A stretch of DNA of 64,000 nucleotides from Hemiscyllium ocellatum (GCF_020745735.1 NC_083449.1:9522923-9586922), one strand, 5' to 3'; counted from the stretch's first letter, positions 26,280 to 39,017 are shown. A program made the numbers and translations. The notes: a model not told the origin generated them from the letters alone.

Positions 26280-28370
26280 AAAGTCATACAGCCTTTGATC
26301 CAACTAGTGCACACTGACCAGATAACCTAAACTAACCAAATCTCATTTGTTGTATGGAGTCATAAAGATATATAGCATAGAAACAGACTCTTCAGTCCAA
26401 CCCGTCCATGCCGACCAGATGTCCCAACCCAATCTAGTCCCACCTGCCAGCACCTGACCCATATCCCTCCAAAACCTTCCTATTCATATACCATCCAAAT
26501 GCCTTTTAAACATTGCAAATGTACCAGCCTCTACCACTTCCTCTGGCAGCTCATTCCTTACCGCACCACACTCTGTGTGGAAAAGTTGCCCCTTAGGTTT
26601 CTTTTATATATTTCCCCTCTCTCCCTAAACCTATGCCCTCTAGTTCTGGGCTCCCCCACCCCATGGAAAAGACTTTGCCTATTTACCATATCCATTTCCC
26701 TCATAATTTTGTAAACCTCTATAAGGTCACCACTCAGCCTCCGACGCTCCAGGGAAAACAGTCCCAACCTGTTCAGACTCTCCCTATAGCTCAAATCCTC
26801 CAACCCTGAACCCTTTCAAGTTTCACAACATTTTTCTGATAGGACGGAGACCAGAATTGCAAGCAATATTCCAACAGTGGTCTAACCAATGTCTTGTACA
26901 GTCGCAACATGACTTCCTAACACCTGTATTCAATACTCTGACCACTAACAGAAAGCATACCAAATGTCTTCTTCACTATCCTATCTACCTGTGATTTCAC
27001 TTACAAGAAGCTATGAACCTGCACTCCAAGGTCTCCTTGTTCAGCAACACTCCCTAGGACCTTACCGTTAATTGTATAAGTCCTGCTGAGATTTGCTTTC
27101 CCAAAATGCAGCACCTCGCATTTATGCGAAGTAAACTCCATCTGCCACTTCTCAGCGCATTGGCCCATCTGGTCAAGATCCTGTTTTAATCTGAGGTGAC
27201 CCTCTTCACTCCAATTTTGGTGTCATCTGCAAAGTTACTAAATGTACCTCTTATGCTCGTGTCCGAATCATTTATGTAAATGGCAAAACGTAGAGGACCC
27301 AGCACCTATCCTTGTGACACTCCACTGGTCACAGGCCTCCAGTCTGAAAAACAACCCTCCACCACCACCCTCTGTCTTCTACCTTTGAGCCACATCGACA
27401 GTAGGCAAACAGTTGAAGAGATTCTAAGAGACTGGATTTACATATTTTTGAAAGGCCAGGATTGATTATGGGGAGTCAACATAGCTTTCTGCGTGGGAAG
27501 TCATGTATCTCTGACTCAACTGAGTTTTTTTGAATTGGTGAAGAAGAGGACTGATGAGGGAAAAGCGGTGGATGTGATCTATATGGCCTTCAAGTAAGGC
27601 ATTTGACAGGGCTCCCCATTGGAAATTGGTTAGCAAGATTAGATCACATGGAATACAGGGAGAACCAACCATTTGGATACAGAACTTGTTCGAAGGTAGG
27701 AGACAGAGGGTGGTGGTGGTGGGATGCTTTTCAGACTGGAGGCCTGTGACAAGTGATGTGCTGCAAGGATCACTGCTGGGTCCACTGCTTTTCATCATTT
27801 ATAAAAACGATTTTAGATAAAAGATGACAGAACACTGGATTATAGTCCAACACGTTTATTTGGACATACAAACTTTCGGAGTGCTATTCCTCCCTCAGGT
27901 GTCTATGTTCTGAAAGCTTGTACTTCCAAAGAAACCGGTTGAACTATAACCCAATGGTGTGTGATTTTTAACTTTGCACATCCCAGTCCAACACCCACAC
28001 CTCCACATTATTATGAATGATTTGGTTGTGAAGTTGCAAGTATTGTTAGTAAGTTTGCAGACTACACAAAAATTGGACGTGTAGTGTACAGCAAAGAAGG
28101 CTTCCTCAGAATATAGCAGGCTCTTGATCAGATGGGCCATTGGACCCAGGAGTGGCATATTGAGTTCAATTGAAATCAGTATGAGCTGCTGCAATTTGGA
28201 AAGGCAAATCAGGGCAGGATTTACACACTTAATAGTAAGGTCCTGTGGAGTGTTGCTGAGCAAAGAGACCTTGGAATGCAGGTTATTGTTCCTTGAAAGT
28301 GGAGTTACTGTTAGATAGGATAGCAAAGAAGGCATTTGATAATTTCTCTTTACTGTTCAGAGCTATTCAA
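26280..28370. mobile_element. Two opposed CR1 fragments (26280-27395 minus, 27395-28370 plus) with a Penelope family-2 mini-element at ~27825-28000
   Basis: RT motifs on both strands. Confidence 0.85.
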
Positions 28371-28975
28371 GATAGTTTTTGGTCAAACGAAAAGGCCTTT
28401 AATTTGGGAAGAAATTTAGCAAAAGTCGTGAAGACTGCAAACATCCAAATTCAGTAAATGATAGCAAAAGGTGATTTGATTAACAAAGAGCAAACGAAGA
28501 AAACCATAACTTTGTGGAAGCCATTAAAGAAAAAAATGTTGAAACACTAATAAATGTGTAAGGAAAGAAATAGGTTGGTAAAGAGGACCCTTCGCAACTT
28601 ATAACCCTACCGAGTCACGAATGTGAGATATTGTAGTATTTGTATTTCACTGACCCATTCAGGAATTTTGTTCAGTTTTGAGTCTGGGACGCTGCGTATG
28701 TTTTCATATCACATTCCTTCCATCTGCCTGTTACAGACAGTTCAGGCCGCAATTCCACATTGTGTTCGACTTAATTACAATCTGAGGGTAATAAAAAAAA
28801 CAGATAAAGTTTTTATCTGTCCTTTTATCTGTGTACACTGCATTTGCTTTTAAGATGTTTAAATTGGAGGGGTTGTTTAGATTGATTCAAGTTCGGTTGT
28901 TCAGTTGGTCTGGGCTATTTTAAACCCTGCCTTTCCTTCTGCCTATTACAGACAGATCAGGCAATGATCCCACCT
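27050..28975 (-). repeat. Left arm of inverted segmental duplication (matches 33222-34880 and 30685-31002)
   Basis: Mirror-image ORFs (27280+/34453-, 27466-/34117+, 27895-/33580+) and shared chimeric repeat junctions. Confidence 0.92.
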
Positions 28976-29014
28976 TCTCTCTACGCTTACAGCTAACTAG
29001 GTTTTAAATAATTA

Positions 29015-29263
29015 CTTAGGCTTCTTCAGGCTTATGCCTGAAACCTTGATTCTTCTGCTCCTTGGATGCTGCCAGACCTGCTGCGCTTTTACAGCAACAC
29101 ATTTTCAGCTCTGATCTCCAGCATCTGCAATCCTCACTTTCTCCTGTGAGGTGAAGTGATAAATGTAGGGGAATAAGCCTGGGTGGGTTGAGCTTCGGTG
29201 GGTCGGTGTTGACCTGTTGGCCCGAAATGCCCGTTTCCACACTGTAAGTAATCTAATCTAATC
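29015..29263 (+). mobile_element. Penelope mini-element followed by the 3' half of an HE1 SINE
   Basis: Sequence similarity to 24211-24345 and 11370-11460. Confidence 0.8.
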
Positions 29264-30550
29264 GAAACTAGGCAGATGGGAGTAACGGTCGCTCTCCATC
29301 GCGGGAAAAAACCTGGTCATCAGGTGTGAGGTACTCTCAGTATTGTTATATGTGGCACAGGTCTGGCCTATCCCCAGAACCTGTGCTGCGGCAGTCACCC
29401 GGGCCATCTTCCACTTCATGTGGAGATCAAAGATGGACCGGGTCCGAAGAGACACCATGTACAAAGACTGATGCAATGGGGGAAAAAAACACTCCCAATG
29501 CCACCCTCACCCTGATGGCCACCTTTGTGTGTGGCTGCATCAAGCTGTGCGTGGATCCCCTGTACGCAAACACCAAGTGTCACTACATACTGAGGTTCTA
29601 CCTGTCCCCGGTGTTGCGAAGGATGGGCCTGGCCTTGCTGCCGTGAAACGCTCCGAGTAGTTGGACCGTTCCGTACTACCTGTCCTTCTTGGAGAAATTT
29701 TTGAAGAAAAACACCTTTGACCACAAGTCCATCAAGAAGTGGTCAGCACGTAGCGTCCTTGAGACCCTTCGGGAAAAGGAGAGGGCGGATCCTGTTGAGT
29801 GGTTCCCTGAGCAGACTGTCAAAGCCATTTGGCAGAATGCCTCATCGCCAGAACTTTCCAACAAGCACCAAGACATGGCTTGGCTAGTGATGAGAAGGGC
29901 TCTACCTGTGAGATCATTTATGCACGCCCGGACTCTCTGCTGCACCGCACGCTGCCCTTGAAGCAGCTGCGGGGGCGACGAGACTGTCACACACCTCCTT
30001 CTGGAATGTGCCTATGCAGAGGAAGTCTGGAGAGGAATGCAGTGGTATTTGTCGAGGTTCGTCCCAGCGCCTTGACACGGGACTCCGTGCTCTACGGCCT
30101 GTTCCCCGGGACACATACCAAGACGAACATCAACCTGCCTGGAGGATCATCAACTCGGTGAAGGACGCTCTCTGGGTGGTCCGAAATCTGTTGATCTTCC
30201 AGCTGAAGGAGTTGACCCCGACTGAGTGTTGCAGACTGGCACATTCCAAGGTCCAGGACTACGTGTTGAGGGACGCAGCTGCCACCAAGGCGCGGTGGGG
30301 AAAGACCACCGTTTAAGATCTGCCTGCCTAAAGAGGAACAGGGGGCCCATGCAGTCATTTGGGCTCTGCTGGCGCCTCAGGTCAATATATGGGCATATGA
30401 GCGAGAAATGCAGAATTATAATAATAATTCTGAGCTGTGTATGTAAATGTTGACATATGTATGGCATTACCTAATGTACAGTCCATCAAATTATTTTATG
30501 ATTATTTTACGAATAAAGTATATTTTTGAAATTAAAAAATCTAAAAAAAG
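29264..30550 (+). mobile_element. Tx1/L1-clade LINE, 5'-truncated ORF2 C-terminus plus 3' UTR
   Basis: LSIAGKNLVI..., W..MRRALPVR (zf-RVT-like), CP..CG..ET..HLLLEC; AATAAA at ~30512 and A-rich tail. Confidence 0.82.
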
Positions 30551-31203
30551 TTAATGATTTGGCTCCATTTTTTCCCGCCTGCTTTCTCAGAAATAATCAT
30601 ATAGTTACGGCTTGTGGGAACACCAAGGGAGACAATGAGGAGAGATGAGATTTCATCCGGAATTAATACTCCCCTGACTAATATAGGGTTTAAAATAGCC
30701 CAGACCAACTGGACAACCGAACCTGAATCAATCTAAACAACCCCTCCAATTTAAACATCTTAAAAGCAAATGCAGTGTACACAGATAAAAGGACAGATAA
30801 AAACTTTATCTGTTATTTTTTATTACCCTCAGATTGTAATTAGGCCGAACACGATGTGGAATTGCTGCCTGACCTGTCTGTAACAGGCAGATGGAAGGAA
30901 CGCAATATGAAAACATACGCAGCGTCCCAGAATGAAAACTGAACAAAATTCCTGAACGGGTCAGTGAAATACAAATACTCGGTAGGGTTATAAGTCGCGA
31001 AGTGAAATAACCAGATAGAGATCAATAAACCCGCCCCTTACTATTTGATGCCTTCCCCATTCACAGATCTGCGCTTTCGTAAACCATGGCATGAGTGTTT
31101 ATTTGATTTATTCAGATCGATTAATAACTGAGGTAGGTCTGCGCTCGGCGCCGGGACGGGGAACATTGGATCCGGGCTCAGCTTTTACCTGAGACATGTG
31201 GGT

Positions 31204-31219
31204 GGCTCTGATAAGAGCC
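31204..31219 (-). terminator. Histone 3' stem-loop of H1 (GGCTCT-TATC-AGAGCC), followed by ACCCA and a purine-rich HDE-like AAAAGCTG
   Basis: Reverse complement reads CCCAAAGGCTCTTATCAGAGCCACCCA just after the stop codon. Confidence 0.93.
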
Positions 31220-31255
31220 TTTGGGTTCAGATGGTTACATGTTACACCGACTGGT

Positions 31256-31966
31256 TCATTTCTTTGCTGCTGTCTTGGTCACTTTCGCTTTGGGCTTGGC
31301 CTTGCCTTTAGCCGGTTTGCTGAGGGGTTTGGGGGCTTTAGGACCCTTGGCCTTTTTCACCTTCTTCACGAGAGTCCGTTTCTTTGGCGCTGCTTTGCTC
31401 ACCGCTTTCTTTGGCGGTGCCGTCTTCTTGCCGCTCGCTTTCTTGGCCGGGGATTTCTTGGCTACTGCTTTCTTGGCCGGGGATTTCTTGACTGTCGCTT
31501 TCTTGGCCTGGGATTTCTTCGCTGTCGCTTTTTTGGCCGGTAATTTCTTCACGGTCGGTTTCTTGGCGGGTGATTTCTTTACGGCCGGTTTCTTGGCGGC
31601 CGCTGATGTTCCCGCCTTCTTTCCCGCTTTTGCCTTGACTGGATTCTTTGGGAGTTTGAAGGAGCCGGAGACGCCCTGGCCCTTGACCAGAACAAGGGAG
31701 CCGTTCGCCAGGCACCTCCTGATACTCATCTTGATCTGTGTCTTTCGCTTTCCCACATCGATCCCGCTTCTCTCCAGCGCCTTCTTTACTGCGGACAGAG
31801 ACGCCCCTTTGCGATCCTTGATATCCCCGACAACATTCAGAATCAGCTCTCCCAATCCGGGACCGGGTGGTTTTTTCCTGGGAGCCGCCGCCTTCTTCTT
31901 GGGAGCCTTGGCTTTGATGGGAGCGGAGGCTGGAGGAGCTGTTTCGGCGGCTGCACTGTCGCTCAT
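31256..31966 (-). CDS. H1: Histone H1 (236 aa), replication-dependent type
   Basis: ATG at 31966 (MSDSAAAETAPPA...), winged-helix globular domain ending KGQGVSGSFKL, Lys/Ala/Pro-rich tail with 10-aa repeats; intronless; 3' stem-loop present. Confidence 0.97.
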   Translation of the reverse strand: MSDSAAAETAPPASAPIKAKAPKKKAAAPRKKPPGPGLGELILNVVGDIKDRKGASLSAVKKALERSGIDVGKRKTQIKMSIRRCLANGSLVLVKGQGVSGSFKLPKNPVKAKAGKKAGTSAAAKKPAVKKSPAKKPTVKKLPAKKATAKKSQAKKATVKKSPAKKAVAKKSPAKKASGKKTAPPKKAVSKAAPKKRTLVKKVKKAKGPKAPKPLSKPAKGKAKPKAKVTKTAAKK

Positions 31967-32029
31967 GTTGAGAACTCTGCGCTGAATCTCTCTCTGGGTC
32001 AGTCTGAACTGGGTCAGCAATGAAGCTGC

Positions 32030-32170
32030 TGGCGGCGGCACTGAGCAACTTCAAGGCAGCGAGCGGACGGCGCAGGGACAACCTGCCGTCAGCTCCCTGC
32101 TCCTGCTTCCTCTCTGTGTTTCTCTAATGGCCTAAACTCTCCGATTCCTTTGAAATTCCGCAAGTCCAGA
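32030..32170 (-). promoter_or_regulatory. H1 promoter with H1-box (AAACACA, 32115-32121)
   Basis: TGTGTTT on + strand about 150 bp upstream of the ATG; CpG-rich; no clean TATA or CCAAT seen. Confidence 0.6.
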
Positions 32171-33221
32171 GAGCCAGGCTCGATCGCTCCTCACCCTGAT
32201 ACGGGAAGCTTTACGGCTGAAAAGTTTTCACTCGAATTGACGGCTCCGTTGTCGAGTTAAACGCATTTTGCTGCTGCACTGATGGCGCTCTCTGAGCTGA
32301 ACGGTGACATTGTCGCTACTTTTCGACCGAAATCTTGAAACTAACGAATATATTGCCTTCAATATTACCTTTAGGGTTTAGAAGGGGAGCAGGGAGATAA
32401 TTTGAATTGTAAATATTTTTGAGTTACATAAGAGAGACTTTGAAATATCATAATGTTAGCGGACACACAAACACAGTTACGTCAGACTAACCGTCCGCTG
32501 TTTGCCAACAGTCTCTCTGACACAATATTCACATTCACACGCCAGAAAGTGTGGAAGGATAGAATTTCTCCTCCTTTCAGCCGTTGCTGCGGTGTCCAGG
32601 GAGTTAGTTGCAGTTCTTCTCCTCAGTAACTGTTACACTCTCCTCAGCTCTACCGTTTACACCCTCAAAGATGGCCCAGTTGGTTTGTCAAGCTTAAGAA
32701 GACAGAACAGTGTGCACTGGAACAGGCCCTTGATGTTCATGCTGACTCCAGCAGATCCTGAATATTGTTTTGTCAAATGCTTCGCAATTGAAGCTTTCAT
32801 TTTGATATTTCCCTGCAGGCTGACTGGTCTATAGTTCCCAATTTTATGCCTACCTGCCTTTTCCATTGGATTGCTTACACTAGCTAGCCCCGAATATGAG
32901 TAAATTATTGCAGAGTTTACGGAATCTTGGAACATGATCACCACTGCATCCACAATTACTCAGTCCACTACATTAAATACTCTGGGAGGTAGATGATCAA
33001 GACCTGGTGTTTCACAACCTTCAATCCTATCCACTATCCCAATATCATTTCCCAAATAATACTGATTTGGTTCAGTTTTTCTCTCTCACTAAACTCCCAA
33101 CATTACTACTGTGGTAGTTGTGTGAACATCTCTGAACAGAGAACAACAGTATGTTAGCGATTTTTGAAGATGTTTTTGTTCCCCATTTTGAACTCCCCTC
33201 TTTTATGTTGTAAGTGACATA

Positions 33222-34880
33222 TTTACCAACCTATTTCTCTCCTTACACATTTATTAGTGTTTCAACATTTTTTTTCTTTAATGGCTGCCACAAAGTTACG
33301 GTTTTTTTCACTAAATCCCTTGTTGCTATCAGTTGCTGAATTTGGATGTTTGCAGTCTTCACATCTTTTGCTAAATTTCTTTCCAAATTGTAGGCCTTTT
33401 CGTTTGACCAAAAACTATCTTGAATAGCCGTTTGAAGTTTCACAGCATCCTTTCTATAGGAGATAGACCAGAATTCCACATAATATTCCAAAAATGGCAT
33501 AAACTATGTTCTGTACACCCACAACATATTCTCCGAAGTCACATACTCAAAGCTCTGAACAGTAAAGAGAAAATATCAAATGCCTTCTTTGCTATCCTAT
33601 CTAACTGTAACTCCACTTTCAAGGAACAATGACCTGCATTCCAAGGTCTCTTTGTTCAGCAACACTCCACAGGACCTTACTATTAAGTGTGTAAGTCCTG
33701 CCCTGATTTGCCTTTCCAAATTGCAGCAGCTCATACTGATTTCAATTGAACTCAATATGCCACTCCTGGGTCCAATGGCCCATCTGATCAAGAGCCTGCT
33801 GTATTCTGAGGAAGCCTTCTTTGCTGTACACTACACGTCCAATTTTTGTGTAGTCTGCAAACTTACTAACAATACTTGCAACTTCACAACCAAATCATTC
33901 ATAATAATGTGGAGGTGTGGGTGTTGGACTGGGATGTGCAAAGTTAAAAATCACACACCATTGGGTTATAGTACAACCGGTTTCTTTGGAAGTACGAGCT
34001 TTCAGTACATAGACACCTGATGGAGGGACAGCACTCCGAAAGTTTGTATGTCCAAATAAACCTGTTGGGCTATAACCTAGTGTTCTGTCATCTTTTAACT
34101 AAGATCGTTTTTATAAATGACGAAAATCAGTGGACCCAGCAGTGATCCTTGCAGCACATCACTTGTCACAGGCCTCCAGTCTGAAAAGCATCCCACCACC
34201 ACCACCCTCTGTCTCCTACCTTCGAACAAGTTCTGTATCCAAATGGTTGGTTCTCCCTGTATTCCATGTGATCTAATCTTGCTAACCAATTTCCAATGGG
34301 GAGCCCTGTCAAATGCCTTACTTGAAGGCCATATAGATCATATCCACCACTTTTCCCTCATCAGTCTTCTTCTTCTTCACCAATTCAAAAAAACTGATTC
34401 GAGTCAGAGATACATGACTTCCCACGCAGAAAGCTATGTTGACTCCCCATAATCAATCCTGGCCTTTCAAAAATATGTAAATCCAGTCTCTTAGAATCTC
34501 TTCAACTGTTTGCCTACTGTCGATGTGGCTCAAAGGTAGAAGACAGAGGGTGGTGGTGGAGGGTTGTTTTTCAGACTGGAGGCCTGTGACCAGTGGAGTG
34601 TCACAAGGATAGGTGCTGGGTCCTCTACGTTTTGTCATTTACATAAATGATTCGGATGCGAGCATAAGAGGTACATTTAGTAAGTTTGCAGATGACACCA
34701 AAATTGGAGATGTAGTGGACAGCGAAGAGGGTTACCTCAGATTACAACAAGATCTGGACCAGATGGGCCAATGGGCTGAGAAGTGGCAGATGGAGTTTAA
34801 ATCAGATAAACGTGAGGTGCTGCATTTTGGGAAAGCAAATCTTAACAGGACTTGTACACTTAATGGCTAGGTCCTAGGGA
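33222..34880 (+). repeat. Right arm of inverted segmental duplication, made of CR1 fragments and a Penelope mini-element
   Basis: Reverse complement of 27050-28582. Confidence 0.92.
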
Positions 34881-37170
34881 CCTACGGGGCAATGTTTGCA
34901 CGCAAGGAGTGGTACATGTATGGAATGAGCAACCAGAGGAAGTGGTGAAGGCTGGTACAATTGCATTTAGGAGGCAGTTGGATGGGTATATGAATAGGAA
35001 GGGTTTGGAGGGATATGGGCCGGACGCTGGAAAGTGGGACTGGATTTGGTTGGGATATCTGGTCGGCACAGACGGGTTTGACCGATGGGTCTGTTTCCAT
35101 GCTGTACATCTCTATGATGTTCAATAGTTCCCTGGCTTTTCCTTACCACCTTTCTTAAATAGTGGCACCACGTTAGCCAGCCTCCAGTCTTTTTGTACTT
35201 CACCTGTGACTATTGATGATACAAATACCTCAGCAATCACTTCCCTAGCTTATCACCGTGTTTCAGGGTACACCCGATCGGGTGTGCTTTATCCACCTTT
35301 TCCATTTAAAAACATCCAGCAGCACCTCCTCTGTATTATGGACATTTTTCAAGCTGTCACCATCTGTTTCCCCACATTCTCTCTCTTCCAGTTCCTTCTC
35401 CTCAGTAAGCACTTGCTTAGTATCTCCCACATTTCCTGTTGTTCCACACATAGGCTGCCTTGCTAATCTTTGCTGGGCCCTATTCTTTCCCTGGTTACCC
35501 TTTTGACCTTCATGCATTTATAAAATCTATTTGAATTTTCCTTAACACTATTTACCAAAGCTATGTTATGTCCGTTTTTTGCCCTTTTGATTTCCTTCTT
35601 AAGTATATCCCTACTGCCTTTATACTCTTTGAAGGATTTGCTCAACCTCTGCTGTACTTAACTAAAATATGCTTCCTTCTTATTTGGACCAAAACCCCAA
35701 CTTCTTTTCTCAGCCAGCATTTCCTACACCTACCAGTCATACCTTTCACCCTAACAGGAACATACTGTCTCTGGATCCTTGTTTTCTCATTTTTGAAGGC
35801 TTCCCATTTTCTAGCCACCTCTTTGCCTGTGAACATCTGCCCTCAGTCAACTTTTGAAAGTTCTTGCATAATACTCTCAAAATTGGCCTTCCTCCAAATT
35901 AGAAATTTAACTTTTAGATCTCGACTATCCTTTTCCATCACAATTTTAAAACTATTAAAATTATGGTTGCTGGCCCCAAAGTGCTTCCCCACTGAAACAT
36001 CATTATATCCCAAGAGTAGATCAAGTTTTGCACCTTGACTAGAAGGTACATTCACATACTGAATCAGAAAATGTTCTTGTACACACTTAAGAAATTCCTC
36101 TCTGTCTAAACTATTAACAACATGGCAGCCCCAATGTTTGGAATCTTACAATCCCTCGCCATAGCCACACCATTATTCCTGCAGATGTAAGATCTCCTGA
36201 CAAATTTGTTTCACAATTTCCTGCTTACTGTTGGGGCATCTACAGTCCAATCCCAATAAGGTGATCAAACCCTTTCTTATTTCTCAGTTCCACCCAAATA
36301 ATTTCCATGGATATAAGCCCAGGAATATCATCCCTAAGTAAAGGTGTGACCTTATCTCTTACCAAACAAGTCACTCCTCATTTTCTCTTACTGACCCCTC
36401 CCCCCATCCTTTCTATAACATTTGATTCCTGGAACATTAAGCTGCCGGTTGCATCATCCCCGAACCATGTCACTGTAATTGCTATGATATCCCAATTCCA
36501 ATCCCATTTTCCTAGCCATGTCCTGAGTTCATCCTCCTTCCCTGTTAGGTCTCTGGCATTGAAATAAATGCAATTTAAGTTATCAATCCTATCTCATTCT
36601 CTGCTGTGTTCCTGTCAGCCATGGGTGTTTGACTAATTGATTACCAGTCTCAGATTGATCTCTTTTTTTCACTATCTCCCTGGTTTCCACTGACCTCACC
36701 CCACCCCCACACCTTACCAGTTTAACCCTCCCCAGCAGCTCAAGGAAATGTTCCTACCAGTATATTAGGTCCCTTCCAATTCAGGTGCAATGCTTCCTTT
36801 TTATACCTGTCATTTCTTCCCCACAAGATATTCCAATTATCCAAAAATGGGAACACCTCTCCCCTGCAACAGCTCCTGACTTGAGCATTCCTCTGCCCTA
36901 TCATTTTATTCCTTCCCTCACTCGCTCATAGCAGTGGGAGTAATCTTGATATTATGACCGAAGAGGACCTCCTTTCTAAATTCTTGCCTCGCTTCCTTAT
37001 TCTTCCTTCGGAATCTCATCCCTTTCCCTTCCCATGTAGTTAGTTCCAATCTGTACTCCCCTTTGTGAATATCCTGCTCTCTCTCTGAGATATCCTTGAT
37101 CCTGGCACCTGGAAGGCAACACACTGTTCTGATTTCTCACTATCGGCCGGGGAGACGTCTGTCTATGCCG
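34525..37170. mobile_element. CR1 3' fragment (plus, 34525-35120) abutting a CR1 5' half (minus, 35120-37170)
   Basis: FADDTKIG on plus; CCLPGARIKD (ORF1) and endonuclease remnants on minus. Confidence 0.85.
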
Positions 37171-38074
37171 ATGACAAAGAGATTTTAGTTTTGTAATTTG
37201 TTAAAGGAAGACCTTCCAAATCGCAACTACTTCCATCTAAAAGGATAAAGGCAGCTGATGTCAGGGAACACCGCCTTGGAATCGGACAAGTTCCCCTCCC
37301 AAGACACTTACCATGCTGACTTGGAAATAAAACCACTTTCTTTCACTGTCACTGGATCAAGACCCAGGAACTCCCTGTTCATGACATTGTGGGCAGCACA
37401 TGGACGACAGCTTTTCCTGCAGGTAGCTGACCACACCCTTCTCAAAGGAATGGAGAATAAATGCCTGGCTCAGCCAGCGACATCCACGTTCCAGGAGTAA
37501 ATAAACAAAAACAGCTAGCGTACAATACATCACAAGGTTTCTGTCTGCAGCATACCTAACACTAAAATCTGTCATCCACGACAAACTAAATCGAGTCCCA
37601 GAGGTGTTGTTGCACACCTGGTCTGACTTTTCCACGGGCCTCCTGACCCAGAAAGAAGCACTGACACTGTGATGCAAGACTCTCTTCATCAGTTATTTTC
37701 TGCCTTCCTAAGAATGTTCCACTCATTCCATCTGTATGTTACTTTGGGCAAAGAGTTAATATTTGTCAACAGGATTAAATACCACAGTTAAGATTCGATC
37801 TGACCATGTGTTATCGAACAGGGGAGCACAGGGGATGGGCCGAATGGCCGCCAGTTTCTCCGTTCCCTGATCAGATTGTGAGAGAGCCGGAGGGAGGAGT
37901 TATTAACATGATCCGGGAATGAGCTCCGTTGGAGTTTCATAAAGGGACAGTGTCCCCGTTTAAAAGGTTCCCTGCCGTTTTCCCAAAACCCCAGCTCCTT
38001 TTGTCAAACTGGGTGACAAAGGAATTGGGGAAATGATCAATTGATGTTTGTTTCTGGTACGCATTTGGAGAGTA

Positions 38075-38500
38075 GCGCGTGCGCAATGCTGCCCCGCCCC
38101 CCCATTCTTATTGTTCATGACGAGAGGAGCGCATGCGTGAGACCCTCCCTCAGCGCTGACATTGAGGAGCATTTACTCTTGTGTGAGAGGTTTGTTTGAA
38201 ACAGACCGCAATGGAGAGATCAGCGCCCAGGGAAGCGAGGGAACAGCAGGCTCCTTCCAGCAGCACATCGGGATGGGAGCCTGGGACACAGAGGGGGCTC
38301 CGAGACCGGGATTGATTCGGGGTGAGTTCAGGGAGAACTGGGGGCTGTTTGTAAGAGGCCGAGCGGAGCAGGAACTGGTCCCGGAACTTGGAGTGAGCGG
38401 GCTGGGGGGAAGAGAGAGGCCTTTCTCGGGCTGTGTGTGGGCTTGCAGAGCGGGAAGAAGCTGCTGTGGGACATTCTTGTGGTTTTAATCTCCTAAACAC
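38075..38500 (+). other. Repeated module, promoter/exon 1, copy B (GC box, NRF1-type motifs, donor GTGAGT at 38322-38327)
   Basis: Near-identical to 62345-62600; CpG-rich. Confidence 0.75.
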
Positions 38501-38963
38501 TGATGGAAATTTATTGTTTGGCTTCTATTTCTTGCTGTTTGTTGCGAATAGCCATTGAAGTTAAGGACAGTAGAAACAAATGTAATAATCCTGTGAAACG
38601 TAAATATAGCAGGCACCGGGAAACGTCTCAAAGTATGTGAAATGGTGTCCAGTATTCGCCTTTCAACAGTTGGTGTATTGGGAGTTGGATAGTGAGCTGT
38701 GTAATCATTCCATTTGTGGAGCTGTGTATTTCTTGGCTAGTTTATTTTTATCTTGGTAAAATGTTTTTGAACTTCGAAAATAGAAAAAGACTGGAAGGAG
38801 CTCCGGGCTCGAGTGGAACCAGGCTCTGCACTGTTCACCGTACCTTGTTCAAAAACAAAGAATTATAACGATCATGACCTGAATATTGCATTGATCATTT
38901 GATGTCTTCCTACTCAGCTACTAGTGATGTGCAGGAGCTCTCCTCTCTTTTGTCTTTCTCCAG

Positions 38964-39017
38964 GCAAATATTTGATGGATCAATCAAGTGTGTCCAGCTG
39001 CTTCTCACACCCAGCAG
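38964..39017 (+). other. Putative small exon (54 nt) of repeated module
   Basis: tctcttttgtctttctccAG | ...CAG | GTATGT. Confidence 0.6.

Noticed and set aside
31221-31985. 254-aa antisense ORF and 247-aa alternative-frame ORF over H1
   Set aside because: Expected by-product of repetitive GC-rich Lys/Ala codons; neither begins with ATG, and there is no independent evidence.
38273-39017. Spliced ORF MGAWDTEGAPRPGLIR-GKYLMDQSS... across exon 1 and the small exon
   Set aside because: Copy A has ATG-TGA at this position and cassette lengths are not frame-consistent, so coding is unsupported.
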